A stretch of 59,615 nucleotides of DNA from Caldilineaceae bacterium. Lineage in GTDB: Bacteria; Chloroflexota; Anaerolineae; Caldilineales; Caldilineaceae. The notes beneath the pieces are model-generated. The model saw only the letters and a list, made by a program, of their open reading frames with translations. It was not told the origin of the DNA and did no database searches. The DNA lies in contig JBJYXA010000173.1 of NCBI GenBank assembly GCA_046259705.1, positions 4,998 through 64,612 on the forward strand. The letters run 5' to 3'. Positions 28,848 through 38,434 of the stretch are shown here, piece after piece. A program made the translations under genes and the position numbers. Position 1 is the first letter of the stretch. Each line of letters starts with the position of its first letter.

Positions 28848-29861
28848 CTAGTACCCGCTCATCTCTTTTGCCAGCGCAAAGAATTCCCGTTTGCGGTCGG
28901 TCGACAGACCCCAGTTGACGGGCGGAGACTGGTAACCGTCGCAGTAATTCGATTCTCCGGGATCGAAGAACCCCCACGACGCGAACCGCGAGACCGCAGC
29001 CACGAAGTTATTCATCGGCTGGTCGAACATAAAGTGGTCGTCTTCATTGAACAAGATGGGCATCGGCCGGTAGCCCGGTACAGTTCGCGCCTGGTCCACC
29101 ATCTCGGCAATGCGATTGGGGTCTGAGACGCCGTTGCCGTGCATCAGAAGAAAATCGGAAGCGCGTACCACGTTTTCCAACGGTACGAAATTACCGCCAT
29201 AACTTGTGCCCACCAAAAGACGCCTTCCGTTTTTTGTGATCCCCTTCGCCAGCTCGATCAACTCGTGTACGCGCGGCGGTGTGAGGATCTCATGTTCGTA
29301 GCGCGTGACGTTGCACTCATTGTTGACCTCCAGCAACGCGTGCTCGTAGCCGTTTTCGAGCACCCACTGTACGGCATTCTCCACCGCCTTGACGACGGCG
29401 GCTTCGTCACGAAGCTGTTCGTCCTGACCGAAGTAGAATAGGCCGAGAATGGCGACCATGCCCAGTTCATTTAGCCTGTCGAGTATGCGCCGCATGCGAT
29501 CCGCATATGCCGGCTTCAGAACGCCATCCGCTGCAAACCCGCTGTTCAGCCATGGCTGGTCCTTGCTGTACCCTTCCGGACTGCCACCCTGGAAATTAAC
29601 TGTAACCGCCAGTACGCCGTGTTGTCGGTAGACCGGCAGGGCATCAATAAATTCGCGCACATTTCGTTCCGGGTCCCAAACTCCCGTGTCGGGGTATGCC
29701 CAGCGTGCAACTGTATCTGGGTTGTCGTCGTCGAACGTGGCCTGCACCATGCGTGTATTGAGCAACAGACCTTCCATAGACCACTCTCGAAAAACGCGTC
29801 CGGCGTAGGTAGGTGAGCCGTTGAGATGGAACTTGTCCTCGACAATTGAGATGGTAGTCAT
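28848..29861 (-). CDS. Clan GH-A (GH5-like) TIM-barrel glycoside hydrolase-like protein, no signal peptide
   Basis: 337 aa with a candidate acid/base motif LEVNNECN. The alternating beta/alpha pattern is typical of cellulase-family barrels. The call rests on motif-level evidence only. Confidence 0.5.
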   Translation of the reverse strand: MTTISIVEDKFHLNGSPTYAGRVFREWSMEGLLLNTRMVQATFDDDNPDTVARWAYPDTGVWDPERNVREFIDALPVYRQHGVLAVTVNFQGGSPEGYSKDQPWLNSGFAADGVLKPAYADRMRRILDRLNELGMVAILGLFYFGQDEQLRDEAAVVKAVENAVQWVLENGYEHALLEVNNECNVTRYEHEILTPPRVHELIELAKGITKNGRRLLVGTSYGGNFVPLENVVRASDFLLMHGNGVSDPNRIAEMVDQARTVPGYRPMPILFNEDDHFMFDQPMNNFVAAVSRFASWGFFDPGESNYCDGYQSPPVNWGLSTDRKREFFALAKEMSGY

Positions 29862-30147
29862 GTGCGGCTTTCTTTGCGCTGTGTTGGCAACCGAAGGAAG
29901 GCTGATGCGTGTTTTTATGATACCTGTAGGTTTTTGCCTGCCGGAGGATACGACGCTCCCAAAGTGATGCCATGGTCGGACGCTTCACCATCGTCAGCCT
30001 AGTGTTCCGTCCCCAGGACTGAACGCTATCGGAATTCGCGCCAAACCTTGGCTCGCGTTTCACGTATAGGGTATCATACGCCGATACGACTCTAGAAAGG
30101 CGCACATTATCACCAGCGGGCGGCGCTCGTGATAACACGGACCCGGC

Positions 30148-30933
30148 TTGGTCACGAAACGGTTCATGCCAAAACAAGCGATCCCAACTCTATCCGTAGA
30201 CCAGGTGCGCGAGGTCGACCTCATGATGACCCGCGACTACCATATCGAGATGATCCAGATGATGGAGAACGCCGGTCGCAGCCTGGCCTGCCTTGCGCGG
30301 CAGATGCTAGAAGGAGACGTCCTCGACCGCCCCATTGTCGTACTTGCCGGGCGCGGCAACAATGGAGGCGGCGGATTCGTGGCGGCCCGACATCTGCACA
30401 ATTGGGGCGCCTGGGTCCAGGTCCTGTGCACGCACGACGCAGGCGCGTACGGTGATGCCCCTGCCCATCAACTCACCATCCTTCAGGCGATAGATGTCCC
30501 AACGTCGTGGGCGGACGAGGGGTGGGAGCTACCGCCGTGCGATTTGATCATTGACGCGATCGCCGGCGTGGGTCTGCGTGGCTCGCCTCACGGTCGGGCC
30601 CGCGATCTGATTCTACTGGCCAATAGCAGTCTAGCGCCTGTACTCAGCCTTGACGGGCCAAGCGGCCTCGACCTCGACGGAGGCAACCTGTATGACCCGT
30701 ACGTACAGGCCACCGCAACAATGACATTGGCGTTGCCCAAGCGCGGTCTGCTTGCCGAATCGGCGGGAACGGCCCGGGGCGATCTCTATCTCGCTGATGT
30801 AGGCGTCCCGCAGCAGCTTTACGAACGCCTAGGTATTGCAGTCGAATCTCTGTTCAGCGCCCGCGCTGTCATCCGTATTGAAGTGAGTGAAGGTATCGCG
30901 ACGATTTCCGAGAACGATCCTCATCTTGAATAG
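30148..30933 (+). CDS. nnrE: NAD(P)H-hydrate epimerase (YjeF N-terminal domain)
   Basis: It contains VVLAGRGNNGGGGFVAARHL and DAIAGVGL motifs. Length is 261 aa. Confidence 0.8.
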   Translation: MVTKRFMPKQAIPTLSVDQVREVDLMMTRDYHIEMIQMMENAGRSLACLARQMLEGDVLDRPIVVLAGRGNNGGGGFVAARHLHNWGAWVQVLCTHDAGAYGDAPAHQLTILQAIDVPTSWADEGWELPPCDLIIDAIAGVGLRGSPHGRARDLILLANSSLAPVLSLDGPSGLDLDGGNLYDPYVQATATMTLALPKRGLLAESAGTARGDLYLADVGVPQQLYERLGIAVESLFSARAVIRIEVSEGIATISENDPHLE

Positions 30934-30945
30934 GCAGGCGTACGA

Positions 30946-31464
30946 ATGACCGATGGTTTGGGAATGCTGGCAAGTGGCCTTGGCGTGGTCCTGCTGTTCC
31001 TGGGCCTGGCGGGTTCCATCCTACCCATATTGCCCGGTCCCTTTTTGATCTGGTTGGGAGCGCTCATTTGGGCATGGGGCAATGACTTCCAGAAGGTCAG
31101 TTGGCCGCTCCTACTTCTCCTCGGACTAATGACAATTGTCGCCTGGGCGTCGGACCTCTTTCTCAATACGGTAGTCAGCCGGCGCGCAGGCGCAAGTTGG
31201 AAGTCAATCGGCGCTGCCATTATTGGTGGATTTGCAGGCAGCTTACTTCTCAGTGGTTGGATACCTGTCCTCGGTACACTCTTAGGCGCCGCGGCAGGCG
31301 CTATGATTGGTATGTGGCTAAGTGAGTATTTGGACAAGCGAGACTGGACGGCCGCATTGCGTGCCGTGCGTGCCTACGTGGCGAGTATGGCCCTTTCAGC
31401 CGCGCTGGAACTAGCGCTTTCGCTCACAATGTTGGGGATATTTGTTTGGCAGGCATTCTTCTAG
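30946..31464 (+). CDS. DUF456-family membrane protein
   Basis: 172 aa with four hydrophobic helices. The N-terminal ILPILPGPFLIWLGAL resembles DUF456. Confidence 0.55.
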   Translation: MTDGLGMLASGLGVVLLFLGLAGSILPILPGPFLIWLGALIWAWGNDFQKVSWPLLLLLGLMTIVAWASDLFLNTVVSRRAGASWKSIGAAIIGGFAGSLLLSGWIPVLGTLLGAAAGAMIGMWLSEYLDKRDWTAALRAVRAYVASMALSAALELALSLTMLGIFVWQAFF

Positions 31465-31485
31465 AAAACGCGAATAAGGCACCAT

Positions 31486-32121
31486 ATGCGTACGATCATA
31501 TTTGTTAATGGCGCCGTGAGTGACTACGGTGCGCTCGCTCGCTGGGTACAAGCCGGCGATACCATCATCTGTGCGGATGGCGGCGTAACCCATTGCATGG
31601 CGCTGGGATACCGGCCCCAGGTGGTGGTGGGTGACATGGATAGCGTAGACCCGGATACGCTCCATCGTCTCGCCGCGGACGGCGTGGAACTCGAGCGCCA
31701 TCCTCGCCACAAAGATCAGACCGACCTGGAACTGGCGCTGGAGCGTGCGCTACGCGATGGCGCCGACGAAGTGCTCATACTCGGGGCGCTTGGCGGGCGT
31801 CTAGACCAGGCCTTGGCCAACATACTAATCCTGGCGCAGCGGCCATGGCCGGTTCCCATCGCGGTTGCTGAAGGAAATCAGGTGGCAAGTGTACTGCACG
31901 GCGGAGAAACCGTTACTCTCCGCGGCAGCCGGGGCAGCACGGTCAGCCTAATCCCGCTGAGCAACGAAGTAACCGGCGTCACGTATGGCGGCCTCGAATA
32001 TGATTTGACGGACGCGACCATTTCCCTCGGCAGCACCCGCGCAGTCAGCAACGTGGTCAGCGAATCGCCTGCCACCATCTCCATCAGCACCGGGCTGGCT
32101 CTCATCGTGCAGACGCTGTGA
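31486..32121 (+). CDS. thiN: Thiamine diphosphokinase
   Basis: It contains ICADGG and VVGDMDS...HKDQTDLELAL catalytic-domain motifs and a C-terminal thiamine-binding domain. Confidence 0.8.
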   Translation: MRTIIFVNGAVSDYGALARWVQAGDTIICADGGVTHCMALGYRPQVVVGDMDSVDPDTLHRLAADGVELERHPRHKDQTDLELALERALRDGADEVLILGALGGRLDQALANILILAQRPWPVPIAVAEGNQVASVLHGGETVTLRGSRGSTVSLIPLSNEVTGVTYGGLEYDLTDATISLGSTRAVSNVVSESPATISISTGLALIVQTL

Positions 32122-32166
32122 TTGAGGTGCCGCTCAAGTGAACTACAGTGCCCGACATGGCCGGCG

Positions 32167-32931
32167 CTACACGTGTTCTTGCGCCGGTGCGCCCGCTTCT
32201 TCGCTGCCTACGTCGACAACGCCGTCACCGCGCGCCAGAAGCATCACACAAACCAACGCCACTACGAGTGCAACTAATTGGCTGATGCGAAATTGGCCCG
32301 CCAAATCCATATTGTCGCGGAAGCCGTCGATGAAAAGACGCAGAAGACTATAACCGAGAAGCGCCCATATCATCGTTCGCCCCGGTCGTCGAGGGTCTGC
32401 ACGCCACCACAGGACTATGATCAATGCCACCAGCCCGGCGGCCATGTATAGACCTGCCGGATGCCTGGGCTCGCCGAAGTATGCCAGCGCCCACGGCATC
32501 TGCGAAGGGAGGCCAAGGATACTCCCGGTCAGGTAGCCTGAAATGGACATCATCGCTCCGCCCGCCAGTCCACCAATTGCGAGCGCCGCGCCCACCTTTG
32601 CCGGGTCCAGTGCGCGATAGACTAGGTAAGCGTAGCCAGCCACAATCCCCACCACGACGCCCGGCCAAAATGAGAAGCCGCTCGGCCGCAGGCTCAGTAT
32701 CAGAGTTGGTTCGCTCTGGTAGATGTGGGCGTACTGGAAAACATTCCACAGTCGGGCTACAATCAGACCGGACGCGAACGCGATCAAACCCGTGTTCCAC
32801 ACGTCATCTGACGAAATGTCGAGCTTCCGGCCATAGCGGCCGGCTATATCCAAGCCAATCATGACGGCGAAGATAGTAATGATGGGGCCGGTGGGAAATG
32901 AGAGCGGGCCAAAAGGTAACGTGGGATACAT
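32167..32931 (-). CDS. lgt: Prolipoprotein diacylglyceryl transferase family protein
   Basis: PRHPAGLYMA...LLGYSLLRLFIDGFR aligns with E. coli Lgt PRHPSQLYE...FLIGYGAFRIIVEFFR. GFSFWPG corresponds to GMSFHGG. Confidence 0.7.
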   Translation of the reverse strand: MYPTLPFGPLSFPTGPIITIFAVMIGLDIAGRYGRKLDISSDDVWNTGLIAFASGLIVARLWNVFQYAHIYQSEPTLILSLRPSGFSFWPGVVVGIVAGYAYLVYRALDPAKVGAALAIGGLAGGAMMSISGYLTGSILGLPSQMPWALAYFGEPRHPAGLYMAAGLVALIIVLWWRADPRRPGRTMIWALLGYSLLRLFIDGFRDNMDLAGQFRISQLVALVVALVCVMLLARGDGVVDVGSEEAGAPAQEHV

Positions 32932-33026
32932 GCTTTGTTTTGGTTAAAATCTGCAGTATTGAAAAACAATAACCTTAATAGGAAGAATCCAGCGTCGAAC
33001 CGTACTGCAAACCGAAAGGACGAACC

Positions 33027-33962
33027 ATGCGCGTACTAGTGACGGGCGGTGCAGGTTTCTTGGGCAGCCATCTGGTGGACCGCTTGCTGTCCGAGGGCCA
33101 TTCCGTGATTGCCATGGATAACCTCATCACGGGGAGTACGGACAATATTGCGCACTTGGCAGGCAATCCTGATTTTCAATTTATCCGTCACGACGTCACC
33201 AATTATATATACATCAAAGGTGATCTGGACGCCATTTTGCACTTTGCCAGCCCCGCCAGCCCCGTCGATTACCTGGAGTTGCCGATACAAACGCTCAAGG
33301 TGGGTAGCCTGGGCACGCACAATGCATTAGGGTTAGCTTGGGCCAAAGGCGCGCGTTTCCTACTGGCCAGCACCAGTGAGGTATACGGTGATCCCTTAGT
33401 TCACCCGCAGACCGAGGACTATTGGGGCCATGTGAACCCAATCGGCCCGCGCGGCGTCTATGACGAGGCAAAGCGCTTCGCTGAAGCGATGACCATGGCC
33501 TACCAGCGTACGCACGGCGTTGAGACTCGCATCGTTCGCATCTTCAACACCTACGGTCCCCGTATGCGAATTGATGACGGTAGAGTTGTGCCGAATTTCG
33601 TCGGTCAGGCATTGCGCGGTGAGCCGCTTACTATCTATGGGGATGGCAGCCAGACACGGAGTTTCTGCTACGTCAGCGACCTGATCGACGGCATCTACCG
33701 GCTACTGCTGAGTGACGAGCGCGAACCTGTCAATATCGGCAACCCGTCTGAGATCACTATCGCCGAGTTCGCCCAGAAGCTGATCGAGATCACCGGAAGC
33801 GCAGGCGGTGTACAGTACAAGCCATTGCCCAAAGATGACCCGAAGCAGCGACAACCAGATATCGCCAAAGCGCGTCAAGTTTTGGGCTGGGAGCCGTCCA
33901 TACCCCTTGATCACGGGATGGGGCAGACGGTAGCGTGGTTCCGCGAGCGACTGCGTCGCTGA
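33027..33962 (+). CDS. UDP-glucuronate decarboxylase (UDP-xylose synthase), SDR family
   Basis: It has a Rossmann motif ([12 protein letters not shown]), a catalytic YDEAK, and UXS-like [14 protein letters not shown] and [11 protein letters not shown] segments. Confidence 0.85.
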   Translation: MRVLVTGGAGFLGSHLVDRLLSEGHSVIAMDNLITGSTDNIAHLAGNPDFQFIRHDVTNYIYIKGDLDAILHFASPASPVDYLELPIQTLKVGSLGTHNALGLAWAKGARFLLASTSEVYGDPLVHPQTEDYWGHVNPIGPRGVYDEAKRFAEAMTMAYQRTHGVETRIVRIFNTYGPRMRIDDGRVVPNFVGQALRGEPLTIYGDGSQTRSFCYVSDLIDGIYRLLLSDEREPVNIGNPSEITIAEFAQKLIEITGSAGGVQYKPLPKDDPKQRQPDIAKARQVLGWEPSIPLDHGMGQTVAWFRERLRR

Positions 33963-34067
33963 CAAAATTGTAGCAATGCGGTTCAAGCAAAGCGGCCTTG
34001 GACGGGGATTCACCGCTCCAATTTGGTATACTGGATATAGTATGCAGACTGAGTGTAGGCGGAGTAC

Positions 34068-35867
34068 ATGAACCTGGACCATATTCGCAACATTTCTATC
34101 ATCGCGCATATCGACCACGGCAAAAGCACGCTGGCCGACCGCCTGATGCAGATGACTGGCACGGTAACCGATCGCGAAATGAAGGAACAGCTCCTCGATT
34201 CCATGGAGCTGGAGCGCGAGAAGGGAGTGACCATCAAGGCGAGCGCCGTGCGCATGATCTACAAGCGCAGCGATGGTGAATTTGAGATCAACTTGATCGA
34301 TACGCCTGGACACGTGGACTTCAGTTACGAGGTCAACCGTGCATTGCAGGCCTGCGAAGGCGCCATCCTTGTCGTGGATGCCTCTCAGGGTATCCAAGCG
34401 CAGACCATGGCACATCTTTTCGCCGCGCTGGAGAACGACCTTACCATCATCCCGGTGATCAACAAGATCGATCTGCCGTCCGCGGTGCCGGATGACGCCG
34501 CGCAGGAAGTAGAGGAATTGTTGGGCGTGCCGGCGGAAGACATCCCCTTCATCAGCGCCAAGAATGCCGTCAATATCGGGACGGTTCTTGACCGTATTGT
34601 CGACGAGGTGCCGCCGCCCAAAGGTGACATCAACGCACCGCTGCGGGCCTTGGTATTCGACTGTCGATATGATTCCTATCGGGGTGTGATCGCATATGTG
34701 CGCGTATTTGACGGCGCAATTGCCGGAACATCCCGACTCAAGGCAATTTCGACGGGCGTCTCCATGGAACCGCTGGAAGTAGGCGTGATGACGCCCGCCA
34801 TGCTGGCGACCAACACTTTGCATACCGGTGAGGTGGGCTACATCGCTACGGGTCTGAAATCGGTGCAGGACCTGGACGTTGGTGACACCATCACTTTGGC
34901 TTCGGGCGGCGCAACCGAACCGCTGCCCGGCTACCAACCACTGAAGCCCATGGTATTCGCAGGGCTGTATCCGTCGGACCCGGATGACTACGGTGAGCTG
35001 CGCGATGCACTGGAGAAGCTCCAGCTGAACGACGCTTCACTTGTCTATGAAGCGGAGACCAGTCAGGCCCTCGGTTTTGGCTTTCGTCTCGGTTTCCTGG
35101 GCTTATTCCATATGGAAATCATCCAGGAACGGTTGGAGCGGGAATACGATTTGGGCATCATCTTTACGGCGCCGTCCGTAGAGTACCACATCGTCTTGAC
35201 CGATGGCTCGGAGCGCGATATCGACAGTCCGGCGATGTTGCCGGATCCCACCACGATCGAGCAGATTGAGGAGCCGTGGTGCGAGCTGCGCATCTTTACG
35301 CCATCTGAGTATATCGGCGCAATCATGGAATTGGTGACGAAACGTCGAGGCGAGCTTAAGAACCAAACGTGGCTAGATACAAAGCGCGTAGAGATTGCAT
35401 GCATGATCCCGCTTTCAGAGATTATCGTCGACTTCTACAACGAGCTAAAGGCACGCACCCGCGGCTTCGCCAGCATGGACTATACTCTGGAAGAATATCG
35501 CTCTGCCGACATGGTGAAACTAGACGTGTTGGTAAACGGGCAGCCGGTCGACGCGCTCAGTATTATCGTGCATGCCGACGATGCCTACCACAAGGGACAG
35601 CGGCTGGTCAGCAAGATGAAAGAGATCATCCCGCGCCAGATGTTTACGGTGCCGATCCAGGCGGCCGTCGGAAACAAAGTCATCAGCCGGGCCAACGTGC
35701 GGGCGCTACGTAAGGACGTCTTGGCCAAATGCTATGGCGGCGATATCACGAGAAAGCGCAAGCTGCTGGAAAAGCAAAAGGCTGGCAAGAAGCGCATGAA
35801 GATGGTAGGACAGGTCGAGATTCCCCAAGAAGCATTTATGTCAGTGCTGTCATTGGGGGAAGAATAG
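34068..35867 (+). CDS. lepA: Translation elongation factor 4
   Basis: GTPase motifs [14 protein letters not shown] and NKID are present, along with the LepA-specific C-terminal domain. Length is 599 aa. Confidence 0.95.
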   Translation: MNLDHIRNISIIAHIDHGKSTLADRLMQMTGTVTDREMKEQLLDSMELEREKGVTIKASAVRMIYKRSDGEFEINLIDTPGHVDFSYEVNRALQACEGAILVVDASQGIQAQTMAHLFAALENDLTIIPVINKIDLPSAVPDDAAQEVEELLGVPAEDIPFISAKNAVNIGTVLDRIVDEVPPPKGDINAPLRALVFDCRYDSYRGVIAYVRVFDGAIAGTSRLKAISTGVSMEPLEVGVMTPAMLATNTLHTGEVGYIATGLKSVQDLDVGDTITLASGGATEPLPGYQPLKPMVFAGLYPSDPDDYGELRDALEKLQLNDASLVYEAETSQALGFGFRLGFLGLFHMEIIQERLEREYDLGIIFTAPSVEYHIVLTDGSERDIDSPAMLPDPTTIEQIEEPWCELRIFTPSEYIGAIMELVTKRRGELKNQTWLDTKRVEIACMIPLSEIIVDFYNELKARTRGFASMDYTLEEYRSADMVKLDVLVNGQPVDALSIIVHADDAYHKGQRLVSKMKEIIPRQMFTVPIQAAVGNKVISRANVRALRKDVLAKCYGGDITRKRKLLEKQKAGKKRMKMVGQVEIPQEAFMSVLSLGEE

Positions 35868-35882
35868 GTCGCTCTGCCAAAC

Positions 35883-36761
35883 ATGGCAGAGGCGTCAACT
35901 ATGACCCGCCAGACCGGTGTGCCTCCGCAACCGCGCCCCAAGCGCTCCCTGGGCCAGCACTTTCTGCGTGACAAGACCTACTTGGAGCGCATGCTGCAAG
36001 CCGCCGAGATCAGCACAGGCGACTGTGTGCTGGAAATCGGACCTGGCACCGGCGTGCTTACCGCGGCGTTGGCCGCAACCGGCGCTGACGTGACTGCCGT
36101 CGAACTGGACGATCTACTGGCTGAAAAGCTTGCGGAAGAATATGCGGACGAGCCGAATGTCACTATCGTCCACGGCGACATCCTGGAAATCGATCTTGTT
36201 ACGTTAGTCGGTGCAGACACGTCCAATGATCGCGGTCGTGTACACGCACGTGGCTACAAATCTGGCTATAAAGTCGTAGCCAATTTGCCGTACTATATAA
36301 CGAGTGCGATTCTGCGCCGTCTGCTGGAGGCCAAGCCGCCGCCGGCGTCCGCAACCATCATGGTGCAAAAAGAGGTGGCGGAGCGCATTTGCGCCGAGCC
36401 GGGCGACATGTCGCTATTGGCCGTGAGCGTGCAGTATTATGCAGCGCCACATTTTGTGACTGTTGTCCCCGCCGGCGCGTTCTACCCTCGTCCCAAGGTG
36501 GACAGCGCGATCGTACGCCTGGACGTACATGCCCGGCCCATAATTGATGGTGTAAGCAACGACCGCTACTTTGCCGTAGTGCGCGCCGGCTTCTCTCAGC
36601 GAAGGAAACAGGTCGCCAATAGTCTGAGCGCCGGGTTGGCCATGCCCAAGCAACAGGTCCGTGACGCACTGGAGGGAGCAGATATTGACCCTCGGCGACG
36701 CGCGGAGACGTTCAGCTTACAGGAATGGCGAACCATCTGCGTGGCGCTCGGGCATACCTGA
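35883..36761 (+). CDS. rsmA: 16S rRNA (adenine1518/1519-N6)-dimethyltransferase
   Basis: It contains LGQHFL, the SAM motif LEIGPGTGVLT and NLPYYITS. Confidence 0.9.
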   Translation: MAEASTMTRQTGVPPQPRPKRSLGQHFLRDKTYLERMLQAAEISTGDCVLEIGPGTGVLTAALAATGADVTAVELDDLLAEKLAEEYADEPNVTIVHGDILEIDLVTLVGADTSNDRGRVHARGYKSGYKVVANLPYYITSAILRRLLEAKPPPASATIMVQKEVAERICAEPGDMSLLAVSVQYYAAPHFVTVVPAGAFYPRPKVDSAIVRLDVHARPIIDGVSNDRYFAVVRAGFSQRRKQVANSLSAGLAMPKQQVRDALEGADIDPRRRAETFSLQEWRTICVALGHT

Positions 36762-36877
36762 TACGGCTTGTCCAACCGCGATGACACTGCGGATCCCTAC
36801 CGGCGAGTTAAGTTTCTGTCGGCCGCTTGGTCACTTTCACGACCGGCTGGCCATGATCATTATACCTACGGAACCAC

Positions 36878-38323
36878 ATGGCTTACTCAAGAAGGCCACC
36901 TGAAGAGCTGCTAGATAATCCGAAGGAAAACGGTTTTTATCCCGGCGGAGCTGGTGCTGCTCTGGAAGAAGACCGCGCCAATCCCTTGAGTGCGCGAGAA
37001 AAGGAAGTCTCGCAACTGCTCGTCACCGGGGCCAGCAACGCTGAGATCGCCAAGGAATTGGTGATTAGCCCGCATACGGTGAAGGTGCACCTGCGCAACG
37101 TGTTTGAGAAGCTCGACGTAAACAGTCGCACCGAAGCGACATTGGTGCTGCTGCAGAATGGCTGGGTCACCGTACCCGGCGTCGAGGCTCCCGACCCCGA
37201 GATCGCCGAGCCTGGCCCGCCTGAGCCAGAACCGCTGCCTGAACTAAAGGTAATTCCTTCGCTCTGGCAGCGCATTTTCATGCTTGGTGTCGCCATCGTA
37301 CTGCTTGCAGCGATCTCCGGGCCGGTGGTACTGACTAGACCAAAGACCACATTCAGCCTCCTCAGCGATGCAGGCCGTACCTCTTTTGGACAAACAGTTC
37401 CCCTATCGTTGCCGCGTTGGGCTGCGCGGACGCCTCTGCCGGAGCCCAGAAGCCGCCATGCCGCCGTACTTGCCAGCAACGAGGTGTACGTACTCGGAGG
37501 GGAGAATGCAGACGGCGTGACGCTCGACCGGGTCACGGTGTATGACCTGCGTTTCAACGAATGGCGCGATGTGGCGCCTATGCCCGAAGCGCTGGCAAAT
37601 CTCGCCGCCACCGTACTCGATGGCGAAATCTACGTGGTAGGGGGAAGTACCAACAGGTCCACGAGTGAAACCGCCATTCCGGTCAGAGACGGCGTCTACG
37701 CACTGAACATCGAGTCTGGTGAATGGCGAAATGCCGGCACGCTGCCACACGCACTGGCCGGAGCCGTACTTGCTGCCCACGATGGAGCGCTATACGTCGC
37801 TGGCGGTTGGGATGGAGACCGTATGCGTCCCGAAGTATGGCAGGGCACCCCTGGCGAGGATGGTGGCCTCGTTGCCTGGGAAGAGGTGGCGCGGCTCAGA
37901 AACCCTGCGGCTTTTTCAGGCGGTGTGGTCGTTGATGGGGAATTGTACGTGATTGGCGGCTATGATGGGCAACGGGAGTTGGCGGAGGCAAGCGCACTCA
38001 ATCTAGAGACCGGCCAGTGGCGACAGCTACCGTCCATGTCCACGCCCCGCAGCGGCCTGAGCGTGGTGTATGATGGCATGGCTATTCTAGCCTTTGGGGG
38101 AGGCTGGACACGCTCTGTGGATACCGACGAGCGATTCGATGGCTTCGCGGATCAATGGAGCAACTTTCCCTCTCCCATCCAGGGCGATTGGCGCCACCTA
38201 GGCGCCGTGGCCGCCGATGGTCGCGTTTGGCTCATCGGTGGCTGGAGCGGCGGCTATCTGGACGTACACCAAGAGTATCAAAGCGCATTCCGGGCATTGC
38301 TACCGGTCATCCAAAGCGAATAG
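36878..38323 (+). CDS. Membrane-anchored LuxR-family HTH regulator with C-terminal Kelch-repeat beta-propeller
   Basis: The N-terminal LuxR HTH reads LSAREKEVSQLLVTGASNAEIAKELVISPHTVKVHLRNVFEKLDV. A single TM follows (IFMLGVAIVLLAAISGPVVL). About six Kelch-like repeats follow, with recurring YV.GG / W...P motifs. Confidence 0.75.
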   Translation: MAYSRRPPEELLDNPKENGFYPGGAGAALEEDRANPLSAREKEVSQLLVTGASNAEIAKELVISPHTVKVHLRNVFEKLDVNSRTEATLVLLQNGWVTVPGVEAPDPEIAEPGPPEPEPLPELKVIPSLWQRIFMLGVAIVLLAAISGPVVLTRPKTTFSLLSDAGRTSFGQTVPLSLPRWAARTPLPEPRSRHAAVLASNEVYVLGGENADGVTLDRVTVYDLRFNEWRDVAPMPEALANLAATVLDGEIYVVGGSTNRSTSETAIPVRDGVYALNIESGEWRNAGTLPHALAGAVLAAHDGALYVAGGWDGDRMRPEVWQGTPGEDGGLVAWEEVARLRNPAAFSGGVVVDGELYVIGGYDGQRELAEASALNLETGQWRQLPSMSTPRSGLSVVYDGMAILAFGGGWTRSVDTDERFDGFADQWSNFPSPIQGDWRHLGAVAADGRVWLIGGWSGGYLDVHQEYQSAFRALLPVIQSE

Positions 38324-38434
38324 GCCTCTGTGGCCCTTTCACCACAGCGGGGATGGCCTGCCCGATTGTCTGCGCACACCGTCGCCGTATCTGTGTCTGC
38401 TGCGCGATCGCCGTCGTCAGGCATTCAGCAGTAC

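Noticed and set aside
33702-34937. 411-aa minus-strand ORF
   Set aside because: It is antisense to the end of the UXS gene and to lepA, both of which have unambiguous motifs.
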